Source: Sedimentisphaeraceae bacterium JB056 (GTDB lineage: Bacteria > Planctomycetota > Phycisphaerae > Sedimentisphaerales > Sedimentisphaeraceae). From it: 64,000 nucleotides of DNA. Below are positions 49,426 through 58,842 of the stretch, piece by piece (positions within the stretch are counted from its first letter, which is position 1; the number at the start of each line of letters is the position of its first letter). Location of the stretch: positions 1-64,000 of the forward strand of contig JBITAJ010000021.1 in assembly GCA_044440125.1 (NCBI GenBank). Reading direction: 5' to 3'. Made by a program: the position numbers and the translations under genes. The notes under the pieces are model-generated. The model worked only from the letters and a program-made list of their open reading frames with translations. It was not told the origin of the DNA and did not search any database.

Positions 49426-51234
49426 TCATTTATTATATTGCTGCCTTACCACTTTGAAAGGCGATAATTTTGGACTCACCAACCATTTTACGATCAATCC
49501 GGCCGCGAAAAAAATCACGGCCATAAGCAAATTTATCCTGCCGGGGTCTTCGGTTATACCGGCGAAGTGAATTACCAGCAAAATGACGGCGTAGAATATC
49601 ACCGACCACGCTACGTAATGGTACATCTTCAGATCCGGTATAAATACCTCTCCGGTGCCGTCTTCACTGACGGGCCTGTTGAGCTTGGCAAAGAAATCTT
49701 CTTCCATATCACTTTGCTGCGGTTTACGGCAATACAGAATATAACTTACAAGATAAACTGCTATGCTGATCAAGACAGCGGCAAATATTTTATACGTGAA
49801 CAATTGCTGGGATGTCACCTGCCAGCCCGTAAATATCTTAGGCATGCAAAATCCAATGAAAAAGGTAGCTACAAAGCAAAGAGAGCTTGAAATTATAGCA
49901 GTTGAACGATGCACATTCTTTACGAAAAGCCCTGCCAGTAAGGGAAGAGCCACGGCCGTCTGAACATAACTCGCTATTGAGAAAGTGGTCTCAAATGCAC
50001 CGCTGCCCTTACTTAGAACAATCGCTATCATTATCGAAAAACATCCCAGCAGTATAGTAATAAATTTACCCGCCTGCATTGTCTGTTTTGGGCTTGCATC
50101 GGCCGCAAAGAGAGGCTTGTATATATTCTCGGTTACTATCGAGGATAGAAAATTATACACCGTACTCATAGACGACATCGAGGCTGCCAGTATCGCCGAT
50201 AGCGTAAGCCCTATTACGCCATTTGGAAGCAGCGAGAGTGAAATCGTAACATAAGACGCCTCTGCTGGATTATTTAGATGCGGCCACAACTCTGCCATAT
50301 CCGGGAGGTGCTTTCTCAAAAGAATGACCGGTCCAATCCATATCATAGGCACGATAAGAAACGAAACAGCGGCCAGCAGTGTAAGCTTTTTCGCATCCTT
50401 CTCATTGGGAACCGAGAAACAACGCTGCATCGTACCGTACTCGGTAGGATAAACTATCATCATAAGTACAAACCACGCAACTGTGAAATATAGCGGCTGG
50501 GTTTGTTTTGTCAGTTTGAAATAATCAGGTGTGGGAGGATTCGACACATAATCATTGACAGCCTGAGTAAAACCGCTTTCTGCCGAGAACAATCTGAAAC
50601 TTAAAAACAATATTAAAAGTGAAACAAGCATAACTATCAGGAACTGAACCGTATCGGTTATTATAACCGCCCACAGCCCGCCCGAAGAGGTATAAAGCGT
50701 TATGACGATACCGGTAATTATTATGCACAGCTCGATGCTGCCGATATTTAAGCCCAGCAGACTGTAGCTCTCCTGAAGCCTTAGAGCCGATGACAGGAAG
50801 ATGCACAATATATACAGGCAGTTTCCAAGCATCAGTATGAATATAGGTATCTGTATGAAAGTATAAAATTTCTGAGTTGTTTTTCCGTATCTCTGGCCGA
50901 TATATTCGATAGGACTCGTTATTCGCGTTCGCCTCCATTTGTGGGCGAAGAAAAATGCAACCAGAAGCAGTACCGGAGCGCCCGCCGAATACAGAAGCAG
51001 ACAGGATATTCCGTTACTGTAGGCCTGTCCGCTGGCGGCCACGAACATATAGGCACTGAGCTGACCGATGAACAGCGATATGCCTGCCATTACCCACGGT
51101 ATCTTGTTGCCGCCTTTGAAATAATCCTCGTCGTTCTTGTTGCTTCGACTCAGCAGAAAACCTACCGCAACCATAGAAAGCAGGTACAAAACCACGATCA
51201 CATAATCAACAGTATTTACCGATTTTATTAGCAT
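49426..51234 (-). CDS. Sodium:solute symporter (SSS) family transporter
   Basis: DYFKGG, GGLWAVIITD, AASMSS; many transmembrane segments. Confidence 0.92.
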   Translation of the reverse strand: MLIKSVNTVDYVIVVLYLLSMVAVGFLLSRSNKNDEDYFKGGNKIPWVMAGISLFIGQLSAYMFVAASGQAYSNGISCLLLYSAGAPVLLLVAFFFAHKWRRTRITSPIEYIGQRYGKTTQKFYTFIQIPIFILMLGNCLYILCIFLSSALRLQESYSLLGLNIGSIELCIIITGIVITLYTSSGGLWAVIITDTVQFLIVMLVSLLILFLSFRLFSAESGFTQAVNDYVSNPPTPDYFKLTKQTQPLYFTVAWFVLMMIVYPTEYGTMQRCFSVPNEKDAKKLTLLAAVSFLIVPMIWIGPVILLRKHLPDMAELWPHLNNPAEASYVTISLSLLPNGVIGLTLSAILAASMSSMSTVYNFLSSIVTENIYKPLFAADASPKQTMQAGKFITILLGCFSIMIAIVLSKGSGAFETTFSIASYVQTAVALPLLAGLFVKNVHRSTAIISSSLCFVATFFIGFCMPKIFTGWQVTSQQLFTYKIFAAVLISIAVYLVSYILYCRKPQQSDMEEDFFAKLNRPVSEDGTGEVFIPDLKMYHYVAWSVIFYAVILLVIHFAGITEDPGRINLLMAVIFFAAGLIVKWLVSPKLSPFKVVRQQYNK

Positions 51235-51361
51235 GTAAACTTTCTATTCCTTATTCAAATTCACAAAATACGATTATCAATCAGATATCTCCAGACTCCA
51301 AAGCTTGAAACAAAAGAGATAAGATTTCTTCATATCGTAAATGCAGTAACCATGTCAATGA

Positions 51362-52477
51362 TTATTCAATACTGCTGACAAGCTCAAGTGAATGAGGTTG
51401 AGAATTGACATTATCTTTTGCATTTATCACGGAGAGATGCTTACTTACGCGGTCGCATATTCCCAGAGTCCTCATAAGCTCGAATGTATGTTCGGCGGGA
51501 ACAAAAGGAGCCGCATCCAAAGCGTAGTATTCATAACACTTATCGTAGTAGTCTATCGGCTCGAAATCAGATAAACTCACGAATTCAGACTTCCATTCTA
51601 TATCTGAGTCCTTACGATACACCCTGCCTTCGGCTGCAAGCCTGCGTTCGACCTCGATGTTTCGGATTCGCTCAGGCTCACAGTATTTTACCTGCCAACC
51701 CTGATTTTCCTCATCAGGTATTATGCTGCCGTAGCGGCCCAGTATCTGCCAGCAAGGCAGCGGCTGAGGACATGCAAGATTAATCTCGATATCAAGCAGT
51801 GTTCCCGCGGCGGTTTCGATAAGTATCTTGACAAAATCCTCGGCATCACCAACAGAGATAAGATTTCTGGTAACGCAGTTTATATCGGAAGCCTTGTAAT
51901 CTGAAAGATAAAGAAGCTGATCGACGAAATGAGCGCCATAGTTATTGAGCATTCCGCCGCCGTATTTTTTGAGAGACTGCCAGTCGTTGCGCCTGGTATA
52001 CTCGAACCAGTTTCTGCGTATCATATATACCTCGCCGATAAGACCCTTCTGCAAAATCGATTGCAGTGAAAGGGTTTCGACCGTAGCACGATAAGGCTGA
52101 TAAACCATGAATTTGCGGTCAAACTTTTTAGCTCCTTCGCGCATCTCAATATATTCATCAAGATTCAAAGCCGCCGGTTTTTCGCAAAACACATCGCAGC
52201 CATGTTCAAAAGAAGCCAGCGTCTGCTCTTTATGAAAGGGAGTGGGAGAGGCCACTACAACCAGATCAGGCTTCTGCTCAAAAAGCATCTGTTTATAATC
52301 ACTGTAGCCATCGATGTCGTATTTTTCCACAGCTTCTTCAAGTCTCTCATCAAGCTTATCGACTACGGCAACAAGTTCAAAACCTTCTTTGGCGGTTATC
52401 TTTGGCAAATGAAACTGCCAACCTATTCTGCCAAGTCCTATAACGGCGGTACGTATTTTTTTCATTGGTTGTTTCAT
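51362..52477 (-). CDS. Gfo/Idh/MocA NAD(P)-dependent oxidoreductase
   Basis: IGLGRIG, CEKP, GGMLNNYGAHFVD. Confidence 0.92.
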   Translation of the reverse strand: MKQPMKKIRTAVIGLGRIGWQFHLPKITAKEGFELVAVVDKLDERLEEAVEKYDIDGYSDYKQMLFEQKPDLVVVASPTPFHKEQTLASFEHGCDVFCEKPAALNLDEYIEMREGAKKFDRKFMVYQPYRATVETLSLQSILQKGLIGEVYMIRRNWFEYTRRNDWQSLKKYGGGMLNNYGAHFVDQLLYLSDYKASDINCVTRNLISVGDAEDFVKILIETAAGTLLDIEINLACPQPLPCWQILGRYGSIIPDEENQGWQVKYCEPERIRNIEVERRLAAEGRVYRKDSDIEWKSEFVSLSDFEPIDYYDKCYEYYALDAAPFVPAEHTFELMRTLGICDRVSKHLSVINAKDNVNSQPHSLELVSSIE

Positions 52478-52563
52478 AATAATTCAGTCTAATTGAGCGA
52501 TTGACCCGAAATGCTTCAGCCGAAGCTATCTAAATACAAAACGGTCAATTGCAATCGGTTCAT

Positions 52564-55311
52564 TTACTTACGAAGAAAACTTACCCGCGGCAAGCCTTTT
52601 TCGATCGGAATAAGAGCATTGAGCCTGCCTTCTCCAACTTCTACTGATATCCTGACCGTATCATTCTCCGGATCACTTTTACATTTTTCAACTTTTGCAG
52701 GCACGGGGACACCGCTCTTATCCGGCAGCAAAATCCATACATATGTCGTTTTGCCTTCTATCCTGTCGCGGTAAACGGCGGTGGAGCTTGCAGCTTTTTC
52801 ACCTATTTTCGGACTGTACCAGCCCTGAACGGGCTCCTCTTTGCCCTTGATCATATCTACTGCAAGATCACGATCGCCGGCCGGCATTATCATCAGATTG
52901 CCTTTGCCTTTATCATTCGTATAAACATTTTCGACATCGATTTCAACATTGCAGTCGGGATGGAAATGCCAGAGAACCTCGACATCACGGGGCCTGTCGG
53001 TATCTATGGTATCCGTTACCACCCAGCCCAATTCCGGCACGAAAAGCATCGTTCTGGTATGTTCGGCCTTTCCTGCGAATTTGGAGGCATCTTTATTCTT
53101 TACGCCATTGAAGCCATTTTTATAAATGCCGCGGGCGAAGGCAAATTCATCGTTTATCTCATAATCGCTGCCGGAGAGCGGCTGTGTCCACTGCTCTTCA
53201 CGGGCAGACTGCCCAAGGCCGTCGATAAGTATCAGGTTGTGAGAGTCCGAACCGGTGAAATAGTTGCGCCAGGGGTTCGATGTATCGTGGTAACCAGTGT
53301 AGGTATAACGACCGGCATCGACAAGAATATCACGTCCGCCGACCACTACTGAAATATGCAGTTTGTCATAATGCTGGTGGCCGATGCTCCAGGGGCCTAC
53401 CTCAAAATAGGACCAGTTGGAATCCTCTTTGAACCCGTCGCGGAAAACGGCCTGACCGGCCCACGGCATAACCACACTGTATGCGTCCTTTTCCCAACTT
53501 CCGGCCTGTCCTTTCGAGGCGATATATTTCATTTCATCATTGTCGTAAGCCACCGCGGTGTCTTTGACGTAATCGAGTATATACTCCTGATCGGAATCGT
53601 TGTTGAGGAGCCCGTAGCCGTTGGGCTTCATCACGTATGCCATATAGAGGTAAAGATTTTCCAGCCGGTCAACGAAATCTGCCGGTATGTCGATATTGTT
53701 TGCCTTGGCCAGATTTGCTACGCTGCTGAACTTGCTTACGACGATCCGGTTGTAATGAAAGGCAAGCTCCTTCTGCGCCCCGTCGGGATAGAACTGGGCA
53801 TCTATCTCTTTGCTCAATTCATCCAGGCCGTATTCAAGCCAATCGGAAGCATTCTTAAACTCGGAAAATGCTATCGCCGCCTCACAGATTGCTTTCATCT
53901 CGGCAACCTTAAAATTGCCGTCGTGGCGATGGTGCCAACGGAGAAACTCGCAGTGCTCAGGGATAGACATAAGCATATCGAACTTGATGTCGTCATCGAC
54001 ATTTACTCCGTCCCAGCCTGCCCAGAAAGACATCCAACTGGTCAGGCGAATCGCCGCATTGAGGCTGACCCATTGAGTCGTAGAGGGAACTGCCCATTTG
54101 CCTTTTTCGGTCTTTTCGATCTCCTCTTTGGGATAATCGTTGTTGTCGAACCAGTCTCTCAGCAGGGAGTTAAACAGATCCAGATACTGCTGCTGCCCGG
54201 TTTCCTTATATGCCTTGAGAATATCGGCCATATAGTAATGGCGGCTCAGCATAGCCGCATATTGGTCGGAAGCCGTGTTCGCCTGAGAATCCCAGACGAT
54301 CCGACCGTATTCGTTTCTCTCCAGTTTTCGTTCAAAACCGGCAAAATTGTAACAATCTTCCAATGCGTCTTTAGCAACGCTCTGCCAGTTAGACGATGGG
54401 GAAAAGCTGAAACCCCTGTAATTTTTTGCCTCGAAATATCTCACGGCGGCTTCGGCAGCTCTTTCGTAATCATTTTTGCGAACCGCGTAAGCAACCTGTC
54501 GCAAACCGGGGACAGTCAGATCGAGCTTCGTGAAAAATTCTTTTGCTCTCTGCTCTCTCCAGATGGACTGCTCCTGGGGGGTGCGGGGCTTTGAATGAAA
54601 CGGCATTACCGGACGAACGAGCGATACCGGAGCCGTGAATATCTCATTAATCTCATCGGTATTCAGAGCCTTGTTATAAACCCGCACATCATCAACGTAA
54701 CCGCCGTATATTTTGTTCGCGGCCGAGTAGCCGCTGCTTCTGCCGCCCACGGCGAAATAGCCCCACGACCACTCCTCGATATGCCCCTTCCTGGAAAAGG
54801 CATCCTTGCTTTCAGGAAGGCCGTCAACGTATAGCTCTCTTTTGCCGGTCTGGGAATTCCAGCAGGCGACGATATGATGCCACTGGCCGTCATTGATATT
54901 CGTCTTGCCCTTGAGCAGCGGCCCGCCCTTAATAAAGAAACCGGCAACGCCGCTGTCTGCCACTTCAAGGCCCCAGTAGTCGCCGCGGCCCAGGAGCCTG
55001 TTCCCGCTCGGGTTGTTCTGCGAGGATCTCACCCATATCGAAAGAGCGAGCTGAATATTAAGTGCATCGAATTGTCCGGCTTGATTGCCGCCCTGAAGCC
55101 AGCCCTGACCTGTCAAATCCGCACAAGAGCCCCGTACTTCATCGAAATAAAGCGAAGCCCCTCCCTTTGCGGCCGCATCGGGGAAACCGCTGCCGGCTGC
55201 CCGATTTGCCCAGGAACTGTCTTCAAAATCATAATGACAAACAAGTTCGGCATTAAGAAATTGAACGCAGCAAAACAATATAGTTGAAATCATTACTTTA
55301 GTGTGTAACAT
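52564..55311 (-). CDS. LamG + heparinase II/III-family lyase (paralog of 43091..45247)
   Basis: N-terminal LamG (DGQWHHIV, DDVRVYNKAL); LRWHHRHDGN, DGAQKELAFHY, GHQHYDKL, GRYTYTGYHD. Confidence 0.87.
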   Translation of the reverse strand: MLHTKVMISTILFCCVQFLNAELVCHYDFEDSSWANRAAGSGFPDAAAKGGASLYFDEVRGSCADLTGQGWLQGGNQAGQFDALNIQLALSIWVRSSQNNPSGNRLLGRGDYWGLEVADSGVAGFFIKGGPLLKGKTNINDGQWHHIVACWNSQTGKRELYVDGLPESKDAFSRKGHIEEWSWGYFAVGGRSSGYSAANKIYGGYVDDVRVYNKALNTDEINEIFTAPVSLVRPVMPFHSKPRTPQEQSIWREQRAKEFFTKLDLTVPGLRQVAYAVRKNDYERAAEAAVRYFEAKNYRGFSFSPSSNWQSVAKDALEDCYNFAGFERKLERNEYGRIVWDSQANTASDQYAAMLSRHYYMADILKAYKETGQQQYLDLFNSLLRDWFDNNDYPKEEIEKTEKGKWAVPSTTQWVSLNAAIRLTSWMSFWAGWDGVNVDDDIKFDMLMSIPEHCEFLRWHHRHDGNFKVAEMKAICEAAIAFSEFKNASDWLEYGLDELSKEIDAQFYPDGAQKELAFHYNRIVVSKFSSVANLAKANNIDIPADFVDRLENLYLYMAYVMKPNGYGLLNNDSDQEYILDYVKDTAVAYDNDEMKYIASKGQAGSWEKDAYSVVMPWAGQAVFRDGFKEDSNWSYFEVGPWSIGHQHYDKLHISVVVGGRDILVDAGRYTYTGYHDTSNPWRNYFTGSDSHNLILIDGLGQSAREEQWTQPLSGSDYEINDEFAFARGIYKNGFNGVKNKDASKFAGKAEHTRTMLFVPELGWVVTDTIDTDRPRDVEVLWHFHPDCNVEIDVENVYTNDKGKGNLMIMPAGDRDLAVDMIKGKEEPVQGWYSPKIGEKAASSTAVYRDRIEGKTTYVWILLPDKSGVPVPAKVEKCKSDPENDTVRISVEVGEGRLNALIPIEKGLPRVSFLRK

Positions 55312-55375
55312 CGAAACCTTTATCCTGAGAGGAATATGTCCTCATATAATTCATATCAATCGAAGATATTGGACA

Positions 55376-56197
55376 TCAATAATAAACATCCAGTTCCTGT
55401 CCACTCTCATTTGTATAGGTTGAAATCATTTTCATTTCAGATTTCTTTACTATCTTGATATGCCCATCCGCATAACAAACCGGATTATCAGAAGATTTAG
55501 TATCAGCCAAGCTTCGGGCAAAAACGGTAGGATCACCACCGTGAGAATAATCATAAAATCCTGCACTAGTTCTTACTATGTTATGAGAAATAAAACCTTT
55601 AGCAGAAGTGCATTCGGACGTATTTGAAGGCCAACGATCCAACTCCCGTTCAAATTCGCATTCCAGCCCTCGCGGCTTGAAATTAGCGTACCAGTTATAA
55701 GCAACCTCTCTGACCACTCTGGTTGGATTACCTCCAGATTCAAAGTCAGCATTCCAGCCGCCGTACCACCAGCCGCTTATTTGTGTTGGCTGATACCAGG
55801 ACGCGTCTGCGTAATAACCGAGCCATTCAGGTGTTTTTTTAGCAAATTGCTTTGTAGCCGGGCACACAAAGACTTCTCCATCGCCAAAATAACCATCCTG
55901 CATCAAATCATATATCTTGCTGTCATAATCATGGCCGGCTCTTCTGTCTGGGCTTAGCAGATAATTGGGCAATATATCGCCATGAGCGGCAAATTTACCG
56001 TCATTGTCAGCAGCAGAGGCAAACTGTGCATTGGCCTGCTGCTTCATATTGCTGATGCAGACGCTTTTTTGAGCCTGGCGTTTAGCCGCTCTCAGTGCAG
56101 GCATCATTATAGACATAAGTACAGCAATGATAGAAATCACCACAAGCAGTTCGATTAATGTAAAAGCTTTTCTGTTGTTATCTTTAATCATATTCAT
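55376..56197 (-). CDS. Prepilin-type N-terminal cleavage/methylation protein (DUF1559-like)
   Basis: AFTLIELLVVISIIAVLMSIMMPAL; CISNMKQ; SH...NPVCYADGH. Confidence 0.9.
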   Translation of the reverse strand: MNMIKDNNRKAFTLIELLVVISIIAVLMSIMMPALRAAKRQAQKSVCISNMKQQANAQFASAADNDGKFAAHGDILPNYLLSPDRRAGHDYDSKIYDLMQDGYFGDGEVFVCPATKQFAKKTPEWLGYYADASWYQPTQISGWWYGGWNADFESGGNPTRVVREVAYNWYANFKPRGLECEFERELDRWPSNTSECTSAKGFISHNIVRTSAGFYDYSHGGDPTVFARSLADTKSSDNPVCYADGHIKIVKKSEMKMISTYTNESGQELDVYY

Positions 56198-56216
56198 CCC
56201 TTGTATTGTGTAAATC

Positions 56217-56252
56217 CGGAAGAAAACCGGCCCCTATGACCGGCTTCTCCCG
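56217..56252 (-). terminator. Intergenic stem-loop after the tandem-LamG gene
   Basis: Minus strand CGGGAGAAGCCGGTC-ATAG-GGGCCGGTTTTCTTCCG; G-U pairs and one bulge. Confidence 0.6.
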
Positions 56253-56261
56253 TATAAATCA

Positions 56262-57812
56262 TCAGTTACAATCTGCAGGATTCCAGAATCCACAATCAAG
56301 CCACTGATTTGCGATTATGGAATAATCTTCGAAGTTAACTTCCGAATCACCGGTCAAATCCATGAGTGGTACATAAGGCACGACAAGGTCATTCATATCC
56401 TGGGCACTCAGAACAACCGAGTATACTCTGACATCATCAATATATCCGCGATAGAAATCAGCACCACTGCTTGAGCTTGCAGCTCTTGCTCCCACGGCAA
56501 AACCATACGAGGTAGGTATAGCAACAGGAGTAATGGTTGACTGCGTATCGAGAATACCGTCAACGTACAGAACTATTTCACCAGTAACGCTGTCATAAGT
56601 GGCAGCAACATGATGCCACAGACCATCGTTGATCTCTGCACTTCCCGTAACCAGATTTCCGCTTATACCAAAACCAAGATTGCTGCTCGCAGAAACATAA
56701 AGGTACCATCCATACCCTTTTCCTACGATCTTGGCATTACCCCAGTTAGTAGTATTCGATTTAACGTAAGCCGCAACTGTCATCTCAGAAAGTCCGTTAT
56801 AAGCGGGATCGTAGCCGGCATAAGCCCATTCATCTGCTGAGTCGAAATACTGAAAACCGCCGACATAACCACGCTGCGGATCGGCAAAAATATTTGCTCC
56901 ACCCTTAGGCGCCAAAGTATAACCACCGGAAACGCTGTTAGTCCAATCATTGAATTCATAATAAGATACAAGATTTGTATCCGGCACGGCATTGGCCGCG
57001 GCACTGTCGAGCCAATCGGCGGCAAAATCCTTGAGATCGTCACTGTTTACGATACAGTCCCCGTTGAAATCCAGCTCCGAGGTATTGAGGCAGAACTGAC
57101 TCTGACTTGCAAAATTATACAATTGCTGAACTTCTGAGAGTGTAAGCACATTATCATACACTCTTAGGTCTTCAAGATATCCGTCATAGATACTTCCGCC
57201 CTCTGTAGTACCGTCCGCCACTGCACCGATGGCTGTTCTGAGTGAACTTACAATGCTTACTTGAGGCGAAGATTGCGTAACAGTGACATCAAGCTGGCCG
57301 TCAATGTAAATAGCGGCTTCACCGGTATTGGCATTGTAAGTAACGGCAACATGATGCCAGAGTCCATCAGAAATAGACTGAGTTCCTGTCAGAGTCAAAG
57401 CATCCGTATCAGTATCCAATGCTCCGAAAGCAGCCTTACCTTCCTGTATATAGGCTCGCCATTCATATCTTCTGCCGAAAAGCTGTGCGTATTCAATATA
57501 ACCGTTAGTACGTACCCACATCGCAATACTTAGTTGCTGTGTATTGACAGGATTGTATAAAATTCCCGGATATCCGACATGAATCCAGGCATCACCACTA
57601 AGATCGCCGTAGCAATCTATAGTCGGATAAGAAAACGCATTGGGATCAACACAGACGGCATCGGCTCCTCCAACAGAGGTTCCATCTCCGGCAAACTGAA
57701 TACTGTTGGTTAAATCACCCTCAAACTCGTAATGAGAGATAAGGCTCGCATCAGCAATTGAAAAGATACATAAAGTCAATATTATTGCTGTAATTTTCAT
57801 TTTCACAATCAT
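56262..57812 (-). CDS. Secreted tandem-LamG protein with two dockerin-like motifs
   Basis: Two DGLWHHVA.TY LamG domains; DFNGDCIVNSDDLKDFAADWL and DLTGDSEVNFEDYSIIANQWL. Confidence 0.87.
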   Translation of the reverse strand: MIVKMKITAIILTLCIFSIADASLISHYEFEGDLTNSIQFAGDGTSVGGADAVCVDPNAFSYPTIDCYGDLSGDAWIHVGYPGILYNPVNTQQLSIAMWVRTNGYIEYAQLFGRRYEWRAYIQEGKAAFGALDTDTDALTLTGTQSISDGLWHHVAVTYNANTGEAAIYIDGQLDVTVTQSSPQVSIVSSLRTAIGAVADGTTEGGSIYDGYLEDLRVYDNVLTLSEVQQLYNFASQSQFCLNTSELDFNGDCIVNSDDLKDFAADWLDSAAANAVPDTNLVSYYEFNDWTNSVSGGYTLAPKGGANIFADPQRGYVGGFQYFDSADEWAYAGYDPAYNGLSEMTVAAYVKSNTTNWGNAKIVGKGYGWYLYVSASSNLGFGISGNLVTGSAEINDGLWHHVAATYDSVTGEIVLYVDGILDTQSTITPVAIPTSYGFAVGARAASSSSGADFYRGYIDDVRVYSVVLSAQDMNDLVVPYVPLMDLTGDSEVNFEDYSIIANQWLDCGFWNPADCN

Positions 57813-57827
57813 TCTCCTATGATTTAA

Positions 57828-58559
57828 TTAAGACATTTTTCTTCTTCTTAAAGCAATGGCACCAACTCCCAGCAGAAGCATAGTAGCCGGCTCAGGAACT
57901 CCTGAGAAATCCTGGATTTGTGAAAGGCTTTGAACGTCATTATAAATGCGTACATCGTCTATATATCCATGATAGAAACTCGCTCCTGCTGTCGAAGAGG
58001 TCGCCCTTGCAGCAATTGCATAACGGTCTGCATTAGGTATCGTACCGCTTACTATATCCTGAGCGTCCAACTCACCGTCAACATAGAGAGCCATCGAACC
58101 GGTAACAGTATCAAATGTTGCAGCAACGTGGTGCCAGTCACCATCGTTTATCGATGAATTACCTGTTACAACTCCACCACCCGCATTAAAGCCAAGAGTG
58201 TCATTGCCATTGACATACATATACCAACTGTAACCTCTGCCGGCAATTCTGGCAACTGAATAATTATTACTATTAGACTTAACCCACGCAGCAACCGTTA
58301 TCTGTGTGGTAACAGCGGCAAATGCAGGGTCGTAACCAATATGGCCAAACTCTTCTACACCGTCAAAATACTGGAAACCGCCGACCTGCCCCCTCTCTGC
58401 GTCTGTGGCTATATTGGCTCCACCGACTGGGCTTACGGAATAACCGCCGGAGACACTGTTGCTCCAATCCCCATCAAACTGATAATGAGATACCATATTA
58501 GCCTGAGAGAAAGAGACTAATCCAAAAACAACTAATAATAACACAAAATTCTTCAACAT
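57828..58559 (-). CDS. LamG-domain PEP-CTERM protein
   Basis: Signal peptide; LamG; C-terminus VPEPATMLLLGVGAIALRRRK. Confidence 0.93.
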   Translation of the reverse strand: MLKNFVLLLVVFGLVSFSQANMVSHYQFDGDWSNSVSGGYSVSPVGGANIATDAERGQVGGFQYFDGVEEFGHIGYDPAFAAVTTQITVAAWVKSNSNNYSVARIAGRGYSWYMYVNGNDTLGFNAGGGVVTGNSSINDGDWHHVAATFDTVTGSMALYVDGELDAQDIVSGTIPNADRYAIAARATSSTAGASFYHGYIDDVRIYNDVQSLSQIQDFSGVPEPATMLLLGVGAIALRRRKMS

Positions 58560-58628
58560 TGTTCAAACCCCCGAATGAGATTTACTAATTTTTTTCAGGC
58601 TTTCCGAAAAAACCTGCCTATGTTAGTG

Positions 58629-58691
58629 ATTATATATTAAAAAAATGCTGAGCAAATGGTATATCCACGCATAAATATGTAAAATTTGAAC
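58629..58691 (-). promoter_or_regulatory. Activator-type promoter: TATAAT plus conserved 38-bp motif (copy 1)
   Basis: AAATGGTATATC-N14-TAAAATTTGAAC at 58654-58691; minus-strand TATAAT at 58629-58634. Confidence 0.65.
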
Positions 58692-58842
58692 TTTTCATTA
58701 AGGTTTTCCAGCTCAAAAAGCTTTTTTAACCACTTCAATCTGCATTATTTGAACCACCAAATATATTCATAAATACTGAAAAACCGCATAAAATACAAAG
58801 CTCAAGTTTAAAGTCAGCCAATATTTATATAAAGAGCCTCTA

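Noticed and set aside
53356..54594. 412-aa plus-strand ORF
   Set aside because: Antisense to the LamG-heparinase gene, with no independent coding evidence.
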